A stretch of 64,000 bases of DNA. Source: Octopus vulgaris (Eukaryota). The notes under the pieces are model-generated. The model worked only from the letters and a program-made list of their open reading frames with translations, did no database searches and was not told the DNA's origin. The translations under genes were made by a program, and so were the position numbers. The stretch spans positions 34,658,001 through 34,722,000 of the forward strand of contig OX597831.1 in the NCBI GenBank assembly GCA_951406725.2, in the 5' to 3' direction. Below are positions 1-11,300 of this stretch, piece after piece; position 1 is the first letter of the stretch; the number at the start of each line of letters is the position of its first letter.

Positions 1-429
1 ATGATAATTATTTAACCTTTATTCATTTTACATCAGTTTATTATGTCTATCTTATTAAGGTATTGTTTTGTAACTGGATGCCCTTCTGGTTACCAACCGT
101 AGCATGTTTTTCAAGTAAGGGATCTCCCATTTCATACATCTTCACAGCTGTGAAGCAAACTGATGCTAGTTTTGACAATGACAAAACGTCCGCTTGTAGC
201 AAGTGACTTTCATAGAGCACAAATGCAAACACAAACACGACAGGCTTTTTTTAGTTTCCATCATCTACGAAATCTACTCACAAAGCTTCGTTGACCTGGG
301 GCCATAGTCGAGGATTCTTGCCCAGGGTGTTGTGCATGAGAATGAACCTGAAACCATGCAGTTGGGAAGTGAACTTCTTAATCATGAAGCCATGTCTGTG
401 TCTATACATCCTTCTTTCTGGCACTCAAT

Positions 430-730
430 TAGTTATGACAACCAAGGTTTCAGGTGATCTGATCAACAGAGCAGCCTGCTTGTGAAATTAACATGTATGT
501 GGTTGAGCACTCCACAGACATGCATACCATCAGTGTGGTTCTCGGGGATCTTCAGCTTGACAATCAAGATGACAAGACTACAGGTACAACTCATTACTGC
601 CAGCTGTGTGGGACTGGAGTAACGGAGAAAAAGAAAGCGCCTTGCTCAAGGACACATGCTGCCAGATATCAAGCTCATGACCGTACAATTGGGAGCTGGG
701 TACCCAAACCATTAAGCCACATGCTTTCTC
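430..730 (-). mobile_element. tRNA-derived SINE (family C, gtgtccttgagcaagg core)
   Basis: Related sequence at about 8900-9045, 12200-12330, 18600-18740 and 31900-32140. Confidence 0.6.
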
Positions 731-812
731 CCACATGGATGTGTGCAGAATTTAAAACATATCAGTGGAGAATAACAAGATTATGAAAGATACGCAATGA
801 TTTTATACATAC

Positions 813-845
<33 letters not shown>

Positions 846-1894
846 TACATACACACTTCACACGACAGGACACCCAAAATATTGAAATAATACTGAGAAT
901 ATTGACATTTCTCAACATGAAAAAGGATAAAGCATAGCAGAATATAAACCTCTGAATATAATCACATATCACGAAATACATGTAAAAATAAATAAATAAT
1001 GATACCACATTATTTGCACCAACAGGCGAGTGAGCAAGTGATGTCAGGAGACATTAGTTTACCAGTGTGATAACCCAGAATCCATTCAGACGAGTGAAAG
1101 AGGTTGAGAGACAAAGGGAATTGTTTTACGACTCCTGAATTAATGATACTTTTTTTTTTTTTTTTTACTAGTATGCCATTCAGCTATGGCCATGCTGGGG
1201 CAATGCCTTGAAAGAGCTTTTTTTTTTTAAGTCGAACAGTATTTTGTTTTCTAAGTTAGGTGCTTATTCTATCAATCTCTTTTGCCAAACTGCTGAGTTA
1301 CGGAGACATAAACAAACCTACACCGGATTTCAAAAGGTCGGAGAGGAAACAAACAGAAGCACACACAATTATAAACTGGCTTCCACATAGTTTCCTTCTA
1401 TCAAATCTACTTGAGTGTTGTTTTAGCCAGCAGATGACTGATCAAGGAGACCTATACTCAATGCATTCCAACCATGACCAACCATTCTCTAATAATGCTG
1501 TTATTGTAATGTCATACATATAAAATTTAGGTCTTAGTAAATGTTTATACATAAGCTCTTTTATAATATTTTGGGGATATTTTTTTTTTAGCAAAGCCTC
1601 TTGTACAACCCTTAAAAGCCTGCAGCACATCACAGCTGACAAGTGTCATAAATGTGTAGTCCCTAATCCAAAATAACATTATTGAATGTCCTTTCTTTTT
1701 TTTTTCTAAAGATGATAGGGTGTATTATAAGGGAGATTTGGCTGCCATTTCTAGTGGTTTTAGTGACCACATAGAGGTTTACATCTGCAAACTTTAGCGT
1801 GATTGCAAAGCAAACATGTATCCATATGCAAGAATACACACATACAACATACCTTCTTTGAATGAAGGCATGTTCAAAGTTAACCCATTGCCTT

Positions 1895-2275
1895 TATCTT
1901 TTACTTGTTTCAGTCATTAGACTGTGGCCAAGCTGGGGCACCACCTTGAAGACTTTTACACAGATGAATTAACCGCAGAACTTATTTTTTTAATGCCAGG
2001 CCCATTCTCTCAGTCCTTTTTGCTGAAACGCTAAGTTACAGGGATGTACTACACATACAATCATCAGCTGTCAAGTGGCAGTTAGGAAACAGAAACAAAA
2101 CCACACACACACATGATGAGCTTCTTTCAGTTTCTACCTACCAAATCCACTCAGAAGGCTTTGGTCGACCTGAGGCCATAGAAGAAGACAGTTGCACAAA
2201 GTGCCATGTAGTGGGACTGAACCTTCAACCATCTGGTTGGGAAACAAAATTTCTTTACCACAGTCATGCCTGTGC
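1895..2275 (-). mobile_element. SINE family A copy
   Basis: Colinear with 21365-21761. Confidence 0.75.
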
Positions 2276-2884
2276 ATTAATTTTAATTCAACAATTAATT
2301 ACAATTAAATACTGCGCATTGTGAAATTTTCTCTCCTAAGTTTGGGGACCCCATGCATGAATGGATGAAAGGCTGCATTCTCACTTTCTCTGAGTGTAGA
2401 TAAAATGTCTATCTTTTTATTAATACAATAGGGTGATCTGAGGGAGATTGGGCTGCTATTTCTAAAAGGCTGATCAACAACATAGATGCTTACTTGTTGG
2501 CCTATGTCACCAAACTGTGACAGTCAAATGCAACACTATCAACCCTTAGGGCTCCGTCATCACCGCAACGTGGGATATGTGGCCTCTCTCCATCTCATGA
2601 CTAACACCTGCAATCTAAACAGTTAGCAATAATAGCTTCTATCATGTGCTGTTTCTGAGTTGCGGTCAATCACAGATTGGCCTAGTCGATACCTTGTTTG
2701 AGACCAAATATGTTAAGAAGCTATCTCTCATACACACGCAGATTTAGGAACAGAGACAGGTAAAAACAGCTTTTTACAGATGTGTGTGTGTGTTCTTGTG
2801 TTCAGTTATAATATAAACAATTTTTACATTAATCTGATGGGTTACTCTATACTTTTGTAGAATATCAATTTATTATTTTTAAGC

Positions 2885-3116
2885 AAGAATATTATTGACA
2901 GTGACTTCAAAGTTTCAGCTAGTTAAGCCATCGTTGGACTGAGTAACCCATGAGGTTAATGTAAAATTTGTTTTTATTACAACTGAACATAAAAACAAAT
3001 GCTAATATAACAGTTCTGTTTTGACGCTGAGTGCTTTCAAAACATTAACTGAAAAACATGGCAGTCCGACAATGGCTTATCTGGCTGAAACTTAAATCAC
3101 TGTCAATGATATTCTT
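2885..3116. repeat. About 56-bp imperfect inverted repeat (2885-2941 / 3062-3116)
   Basis: aagaatattattgacagtgac..gtttcagctagttaagccatcgttggactg matches the reverse complement of the right arm. Confidence 0.85.
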
Positions 3117-4060
3117 ATGGATAATAAATAAATAAATATATAAACTTTTGAGATTTCATATCCAGAGTGTTAAAGATTATGTGAGAGAGAGAGAGAGAGC
3201 ATGTGTGTGTATAAGTGTGTGTGAAAGACAGAGGCATGAAAAAGGAGACAGGGGTATCAATACAGAACAGAGTGAAAGGAGAAAACAGAAAAGTCAAAAA
3301 CAAAATGCTGAGCAGTTATTTTCCTTAAAATGCAGAAGGAAGGCAGAAGAGAAGCAACAGTAATAAATGCATGCCAAATAACAGAAAAGAAAGAAAACAG
3401 CAAACAAATAAGAAAAGCAGGGAGGCTTATCTACAAGAAATATTCAGGGTTAAACTGTCAGGACTCTCAGTATTGCCAAACGAGTTTTCTAGTTTTTTTT
3501 TCAATGGATAGTTATCTTGTAATAGTTTATTTGACAGAGTATTCCACAGAAAGGTTTGAACTCTTCATGTAATCATCACAGAGACAAATACTATATATGA
3601 ATAGAGTGGCCTTCTACACAGTTTCCATCTGCCTGATTTCACTCAAAAAAGAAATCTTGCCCAAGGTGCTGTACAGTGAGATCAACTGAACCTAGAACCT
3701 TGAATATGTGAAGCAAAATTCTAATTAACATAGCCATGTGCATATAGATACATATGCTATGTAAGGTAGAATGTCCAAAGTTCAGTTAAATATGATGCCT
3801 TATTCAGTTTGTCTTAGAATATAAAACTGAAGAATTCCAAAGATGATGGGAGTATTTTGGGATTTTCTTTTTCAAGGGAATAAGAAAAAAATTTTTGTTT
3901 TTTTTTACCCTCCAATATAATTTTTCAATTTACCTTAATTATGCTGCCAAGAAGGATGAAAACCAATGCCGAGAACCAGTAGGAATTGATAGTAAAAATA
4001 ATAAAGCATGGAGTCTCCCAACTTTTGCAAAATCGAGATATACAATATATGGATATACAC

Positions 4061-4285
4061 TTAACCCTTTCGCATTCAGATTATCGTAAAGTGTAATGTT
4101 TGTTTATTCACATTGTTTTGAATTAATCGCACATTATCTTGTGGATTTGAGATATCAATGATGTGGTTGTCTATTTTAAAAATGACATTGCAAGGTAGAT
4201 GTGAGAGGCCAGATCTGGCCAGTTTGAACATAAAACAGGGAGAATATATGGCCGCATATGGCCGGTTTAAACACTAAAGGGTTAG
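4061..4285. mobile_element. TTAA-flanked MITE (piggyBac-like ends)
   Basis: TTAA CCCTTTCGCATT ... ACACTAAAGGG TTAG. Homologous copies at 36642-36868, about 42692-42909 and a fragment at about 55880-55970. Confidence 0.7.
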
Positions 4286-4494
4286 ATAAATATAAAATGT
4301 ATGTGTGTGAGGATATATGTGTATTTCTTAAATAAGTCAAAGAATTTCAGGAGGGACAGGGTGGAAAGGAGAGATTGTGATGTGCAGGCTTTCACCAAGA
4401 GCATTAGATGCCTCAGTGGTCTGATTTGCTTTTCTTGCCAATTTCATATCTTCTATGAAGGTTGCTGATATAAGCCATTATCATGGCCTATAAT

Positions 4495-5265
4495 TTAGAT
4501 ACAAGTCCCACAGGAGATTAGTCGATTGCCATTGACTCCAGTACTTGAATGGTACATTATTTTATCAACCCCATGAAAGATGAAAAGCAAAGCTTACTTT
4601 GGTGGTAATTTTAACTAAGAAGGTACAGGACCAGAAGAAATGCTGCTAAGCATTTTGTCAAACATGCTTAACAATCTGCTAGTTCACCGCCTCAATTATA
4701 ATCCTTTCTATTATAGGCACAGGGCCTGAATTTTGTGGGGAGGGGGGCTAGTCGATTACAACAACCCTCAGTACTTAACTGGTACTTATTTCATTGCCCC
4801 CACCCCCTCAAAACAAAGGCAAAGTCAACATTAGCAGAATTTGAACTCAGAACATGAAGACGGATGAAGTGGTGGTAAGCATCCTGAAAAGATGACAGGC
4901 AAAGTTGGCCTGAATGAGATTTGAACTCAGAGAGTAGAGATAGCAAAAAACAAATATCACGAGGCAATTTTGTAAGTCACTCTAATAATAACTCTGCCAA
5001 TCTTCCACCCTTGCTATAAAAATAATAATCATAATAATAATAATGATGGTTTCAAATTTTAGCACAAGGCCAGTAATTTCAAGGGAAGCAGTAAGTCATT
5101 TACATCGACCCCAGTTTTCAACTGGTACTTATTTTATCAACCCCGGAAAGATGAAAGGCAAAGTTGACCCCTGATGGAATTTGAACTCAGAACGCGAAGA
5201 TGGACAAAAATGCCACTAAACATTTTGCCCAGCGTGCTAACGATTCTGCCAGCTTGCAGCCTTGC
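4495..5265 (-). mobile_element. Head-to-tail cluster of SINE family B copies
   Basis: About four consecutive copies, partly separated by (AAT)n. Confidence 0.8.
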
Positions 5266-5582
5266 TATAATAATCATAATAATTGTTTAATAATGGAAAT
5301 AATTTCCTCTATAGACACAAGACCACAGATTTTTAAGGAAGGGAATAATCAACCTCAGCACAACAACAACAATAATAATGATTTTAATAATAATAATAAT
5401 AATAATGATAATAATAATAATAATAATGCAAGAAAAGAATTGTTTAAACTTGGCTGGAAACTCCATGCCAGCATCCAGCAGACAGCATAGAAGAATTTAA
5501 TTTATTCACACATACAAACACACACAAATATGTACACATAGTGCAAAGTCGATAAATATTTGTCCAATATATCAGTTTAATA

Positions 5583-5588
5583 TTTATT
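5583..5588 (-). terminator. Candidate polyadenylation signal AATAAA
   Basis: AATAAA with downstream tatgtgtacatatttgtgtgtgtttgtatgtg. The SINE cluster begins just beyond it. Confidence 0.45.
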
Positions 5589-6847
5589 TCCAGAGGAAAA
5601 AGAAAAAAAAAATCACAGAAATAAAAAGTATTTGTGTTGGAAGGGGAGGAGGCGAGCAGAGAGGGGGGGAAAATGCTAATTTCTGGGGTATGGGGAAAGG
5701 GAGGGTTTAAATTTTTTTTTATTATTTATTTATTTTTTTCACTTTAAAGAATTTTGCTTTGTGTCGTGTTGTTGTTGATTCCCAAATTGACCCCCGATCA
5801 AATAGAGAGAAACGTAATTAATGGCATTCCAGCCATGACCATCCATTATTTATTTAGACAGTGTATTCCAGACATGTTATCCAACGTTATTCTTTTTACG
5901 ATGGGAGAGTATGGTTTTTAAGTGGGGAAAATTTGGCTGCTATTTCTAGCAGTTCAAGCAACCACTTGGAGGTTCCTTTAATTTGTTACATTAATTTATG
6001 TTTTTTTTTTTTTATTTTGTTTCATTATCATCATTAGATGCCATTATGCTTGTCCCTTTCCAAAGGAGAAAGAGGAAATAAAGCTTACAGGTGTGCACAA
6101 ACATACATCCACACACACACAAAAGCACACTCACTCACATACACACACATACTGAAGCCAAAGGAGTGGGGTGGGGGAGTTTCAGTAGCAGCAATGACTT
6201 TTTCCTCAACAAAATCTGATAACGGCCCGTCTTCAATCTTCGTCTCACCAAATTTAAAAAAAAAAAAAAATTCAAAGCCTACCTAAATCTTAGGAAAGTA
6301 CCCTACCAACTTCACCCACACATCATAAACAAAGAATGTGAAATCACCACATCTTGTTTTCCTCTTTCTTTTTTTTTTTTCCCTTTTCATGAGAGCTGAC
6401 TCAGGTTAGGGGGGGGTGAGTACGAGGTAAGGTAGGGCTGGTCAACAACAACAGTACACACTATTTTGTTTATCACATATACATATATATACGCTACATA
6501 TATATACATATATATGGGAGTTACAGGAGAAAGAGAGGGTGGAGGAGGAGGAGGAGATAGGTTGAGAGCAGTGGGACGAGAAAGAGAGATTCTTTGATAT
6601 TAACAAAATGTATCATCCCTGTACATTTAATAAACAACAAAACAAAACGGACATTACAATGTGTGATGATATTTCCAAAACAAAAACTACATCCAGTTTG
6701 TTTCTCCCCAGTTTTCTTGGCTGTTTTCTGGTAGTTAACTCCCTTTATTATTATTATTATTAATATTATTATTATTATTATTACTGTTTTATATATTTTT
6801 TTTTTTTAAATTTAATTTATTCATTGTTCAGTCCAGTGAAGCAAAGT

Positions 6848-6891
<44 letters not shown>

Positions 6892-7416
6892 ACTTCTTTA
6901 TGTTTGGTTGGTTTGTAATTTTTATCTGAATATATTTTTTTTTTGTTTCTTTGCTTCCTTCCTTTTTCTTCTTTTTTGAATGCGTGTGGAGGTGTGGAGC
7001 AAGAGGGGGAGGGGAGCTTCATTTGTTCTCAAAAGATTAAATGACAACAGCAACAAAAACAACAACAACAAGTGCAGAGTTGATCCCTTCAGTAGCTTGC
7101 TTCTTTTTCCTTTTCTTTCTTTCTTTCTTTCTAGTTTCTTCAAGTTCATGTTACTGTACAAAAAAAAAAAAAAACTTTCTCTTCGAAGAATACGGTGGGG
7201 AACTAGGTGTGTGCGTGCGTGTGTGTGTGTACATGTTGGTGGAGAGGTTGTTTTCCTTACGAATCAAATCATCGAATATGTGTTGGCTATTGTTGGGGAC
7301 TGGGTGGGAGGGAACGAAGAAGTGGAGAATGAGAGGAGAGAAGGAGCACGGTAGAGTAAAAAAAAAAATAAATAAATGCAAATTGCAACCAGTGGAGCGT
7401 TCCAATAGGATGGATC

Positions 7417-7523
7417 GATAGATAGATCAATCGATCACTCAGATAGATAGATAGATAGATAGATAGATAAATAGACAGATTGGTAGGTAAGTAGATAGGT
7501 AGGTAGGTAGGTAGGTAGATAGA
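7417..7523. repeat. (GATA)n/(GGTA)n tetranucleotide repeat in the putative 3' UTR
   Basis: Directly visible. Confidence 0.95.
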
Positions 7524-7620
7524 CACCATCATACATTAATCGAAGTCAAGGGTATGAAAGCCATGTAAGAAGTACTTGTAGTTTTTTTTAATAGTACGCA
7601 ACAGCAATGCCAAAATAAAA

Positions 7621-7663
<43 letters not shown>

Positions 7664-8033
7664 GATATATATATATATATAATAGTAATAATAATAATGA
7701 TAAAAATAATAAGAGCAGGACAAATCCATTGTTTAATCATAGGTAGTGGTGGTCATTGTAATAACACTTTCGATCCAAGTTCACATGGAAAAGGACAAAG
7801 ATACAATGGATATCTGTGGTATACGCACCCAACTGAATGTGTATGTGTACTTGCGTGTGTATATGTATGTTGGTAAGCATGCATGTATGTGTATATAATA
7901 TATGTGCGTACTTGTATTTGCTTTGTATAATTTGTTTTTCTTTTTCCAGTGGGGGCAGAGAAGGGGAAAGGGGAGAGGGTCTATTATTTGAAATCTTTCG
8001 TCGTTTTGTTTGCTGTTTGTTGTTATTATAATT

Positions 8034-8065
<32 letters not shown>

Positions 8066-8118
8066 TATTATTATTATCCTTATTATTATTATTATTATTA
8101 TTATCATCGTCGTTATCG

Positions 8119-8306
8119 TTAATCAGAATCCCATTCGTTTTCGTCGGAAAATGCTTCTTCTTCACTATCACTAGCTTCAAGAACTTTCCTCCGGATTTCT
8201 ATTGCTCGATCCATGATCGCTTGAACATCGAACCTGCCTCCCTGTGGTTGTCGTTTCTGTTGTTCTTGTTTTTTACGGTCTTCAACACGGCGTAATTTCT
8301 TATACC
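8119..8306 (-). CDS. WASF: WAVE/SCAR last coding exon: WH2 end, central and acidic regions, stop
   Basis: Acceptor ttctttttacag|GG, phase 1. [12 protein letters not shown]...[39 protein letters not shown]. Confidence 0.95.
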
Positions 8307-11300
8307 CTGTAAAAAGAAAAAAAAGAAAACAATTATTCTCCAATGAGTTTTAACAGACAATACAAGACTTCCAAAGGTTACCATATTTGAAGGCATAAAA
8401 GACACACAAATATATAAGATGCACCCCAATTCCAGCAGCACATATTAAAAAAAAGTAGCTTTTAATGCATCAAAGCCCAACATCGTGTATAGGATCTAGG
8501 TTGAAATTTTCCTGGGATCCCCCACTCCACCCCAAAAAGTGCATCTTGTGCCATTGAATATGGAAAGCAGAAGAAAAGGTAAATTAGAAAAATGATGTTA
8601 TTTTATACAACAGAGAATGTGAAGAATATTAGAGAAACTGAAAGTGAAACTGAGAGGCAGTGGCTCGGCTGTGTGATAAATGTTGATCTTTGTTGCTAGT
8701 GGATCATCTCTGATTCTGCAAACTTATGTTCAAAGGAATTTTTGACAAGACCATTTCATCTCTCTGGTATGTTGTCATACACCACTTGTTACAATATGCT
8801 TCTCTGCATTGTTGTAGCTTTCAAATAATACCATCCCACTGAGTGACCAAAGCTACAACATTTTTACTAAACCTGTTGCAATCCATTGCAGGATAACTCA
8901 ATTTTACAACTGAGTAGGGCTGGAGCAATGTGAAATGAAGTTCTTTTGCTCGAGAACACAGCACACAACCTAGTCCATCATTTGAAACTGCAATCTTGCG
9001 AATATGAATCCAGCACCCTAACCACCTATGCTACACAACTCCATACATTATCCAATATATCCTTTTTCTTTTTTTATTTAAGACAGTAGGGTACAACCAC
9101 AGAGGCATCAAATTGATGAGCTGCAATTTAGATTCGTGTCTGGATGGGGTACAACTGATAACATTGCAGTGAGACAATAGAGAAGTTTTAGCTAAGAGCA
9201 AACAACAGCATTTAGTAATTGTCGATTGGTGATGGCCTTTAAACAGAATTTCATGATTTGTTGCTTAGTGGTTGCTAAGAAAACTGAATGTAGGCGAATG
9301 GTTTGTAAAAGCAGAGAAAGTCATGTACAGAGATGCTGTCAGCAAATTGTAAGTTATTGAGTTCAATAAAGAATTTAGTGTACAGCTGGGTGGCCATCAG
9401 GGCACTGTTCTCAGTCCCTTTCTGTTTATTACTAGTTCCTTAGGCTATAATACAAGAATTCAAAATCAGTTGTACATAGCTAATCTAATATTTTGACAAC
9501 CTTGTTGCTATACATTGAATCCTGTGTAAAAGAGATGCAACAAGATTGCACATAAACTGGCAAGATTTTGCATGCAGCTGATGCACAGTAGTTAACAGGT
9601 ACAGAACACAGAAGACGAATGCTTTCCCATGCCTGGAAGGCTTCCTAAAACTAGCCACTAAGAAGTTCTTTGCATTTCTTACCAATTTCTTAGCATCCAT
9701 CCACACACACACACGATCTTTCATCTTGTATTTATTTTAAAAGTTAAAACTTTACAAATAGACCAAAGGCATACCCGGCTGTCACTTGCACTTAAGTATC
9801 ACAGTAAAATCTTGCTTTCACAAAAGAAGAAAAGAAAGAAAGAAAGAACTTACATTCGCCAAGTCTGATCTCTTCGAGGAGTGCACTACGATCTTGTCCA
9901 GTGGCTGGCTTCAGGATGTCTTCTACTTTGCCGGCCGAACCAAGAGAAGTTGTGGTTAATGAACTTGTGGTGGATGAAATGGACACAGCATCTGGTTGCA
10001 TAACAACAGATAAATTCGAAGTTTGAGCCCCACCAACCGGCAGCAGAGGGGGTGGTGGTGGTGGCGGAGGAGGAGGAGGAGGTGGTGGTGGTGGTGGCGG
10101 CGGCGGCGGGGTTGGCGCCATCGGAACTGAGCTGAGCGTTTCAATGGGAGGTGGGGGAGAGGGGGGTGGCGGCATTGAATCCAAGCTGACCGGTGTGCCG
10201 GAGGAATGGGTGCTAGGTGGCGAGGGAGGTAGGGGAAACTCCACACTGTCGGGAGTCCGGTTTTGACTCCCGTAGGGTGGGTGACGGCTTGGCGAGTCAC
10301 TGCTTCGTGCCGGTGAACCACTGTTGATATCCGTGTAATTCTGTGTCTTCGAGGAGACGTGCTTAGGAGTCGTGTCGGGACTTCCTGGGTAGCTGTCGGA
10401 CAGCTCATCAAGTTGATCTGGTGGGAGAGGCGGTGGAGGAAGACTCTCTCTCACAATTGGACTGTTCCTTATTGGGTCGTGCTTCGGTGTACCCGGCATT
10501 GAAGGAGGATCAGGGGGCGGCCTGGATGGTCTAGCACTGTTCAGGTTCTGAGCACGTGCAGTGGATCTTCCATGGTGCCCCACAGCATGAGAAGGAGACA
10601 TTTGATTGCCTTGCATATATTGTACATTGTTTCGATTTGGAAGCCCTGCTGAGTGTTCAGGAGTCAGGTTCTCTCCTCCGGGAGTGTGATTCACCATCGA
10701 ATACGGTCCATTCATCTGACTAGCATAACCATTCGGAATGACATCAGGGTTGGTCATATCGTACAGCATTTCTGGGATTCCCATACTACCAGTCGGAGTC
10801 GAAGCTATCTCAAGGCTATCGGGGCGCTGTTGATACGGCTGTTGTGGGTGGCCTTGGTGTGGCTGCCCTCTGCGATGATGGCCTTTACCTTGGACAGGGC
10901 CATGAATATTAGGAGTTTGATAATCACTAAATTCTACACCTAGAGCCATTTTCTGATACTCGTCTTTCTTGGTTTTTACAGGGCGAATATGCCGGGCTTC
11001 TTGTATTTTGGGACGCTGAAAATAAATTCAAAAAACATAAGAATAAGTTCCTTCATATATCAAATTGGGAAATTAACAATTTAAACAACAATAGCATACA
11101 AAAGTAAAAATTGAAAATCGTAAGTATTCATTCACATAGAATATATAAAACAAGATCGACCTTGAACCAGCTTTTTCAAATGTTTAGTAACAGCTGAAAG
11201 AAAACAATGATAGATTTTCTTTTCCACTCTTCTTTCTCTTTAATAGTCGTAATAATAATTCAAAAAGAAGAATTAGCATTAAGATTTGTACTTAAACTTT

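Larger units (their letters stand above)
5560..8118 (-). other. Putative long 3' UTR of WAVE/SCAR (about 2.5 kb)
   Basis: Nearly SINE-free, simple-repeat-rich stretch after the stop. Minus-strand AATAAA at 5583-5588 is followed by a GU-rich tract; an ATTAAA lies at 6626-6631. Confidence 0.5.

Noticed and set aside
7737-8180. 147-aa Asn/Asp-rich ORF overlapping the WAVE stop
   Set aside because: Different frame running through (AAT)/(GAT) repeats in the UTR; no coding signature.
9956-10943. Alternative-frame and antisense ORFs over the large exon
   Set aside because: Shadow ORFs of a GC-rich coding exon.
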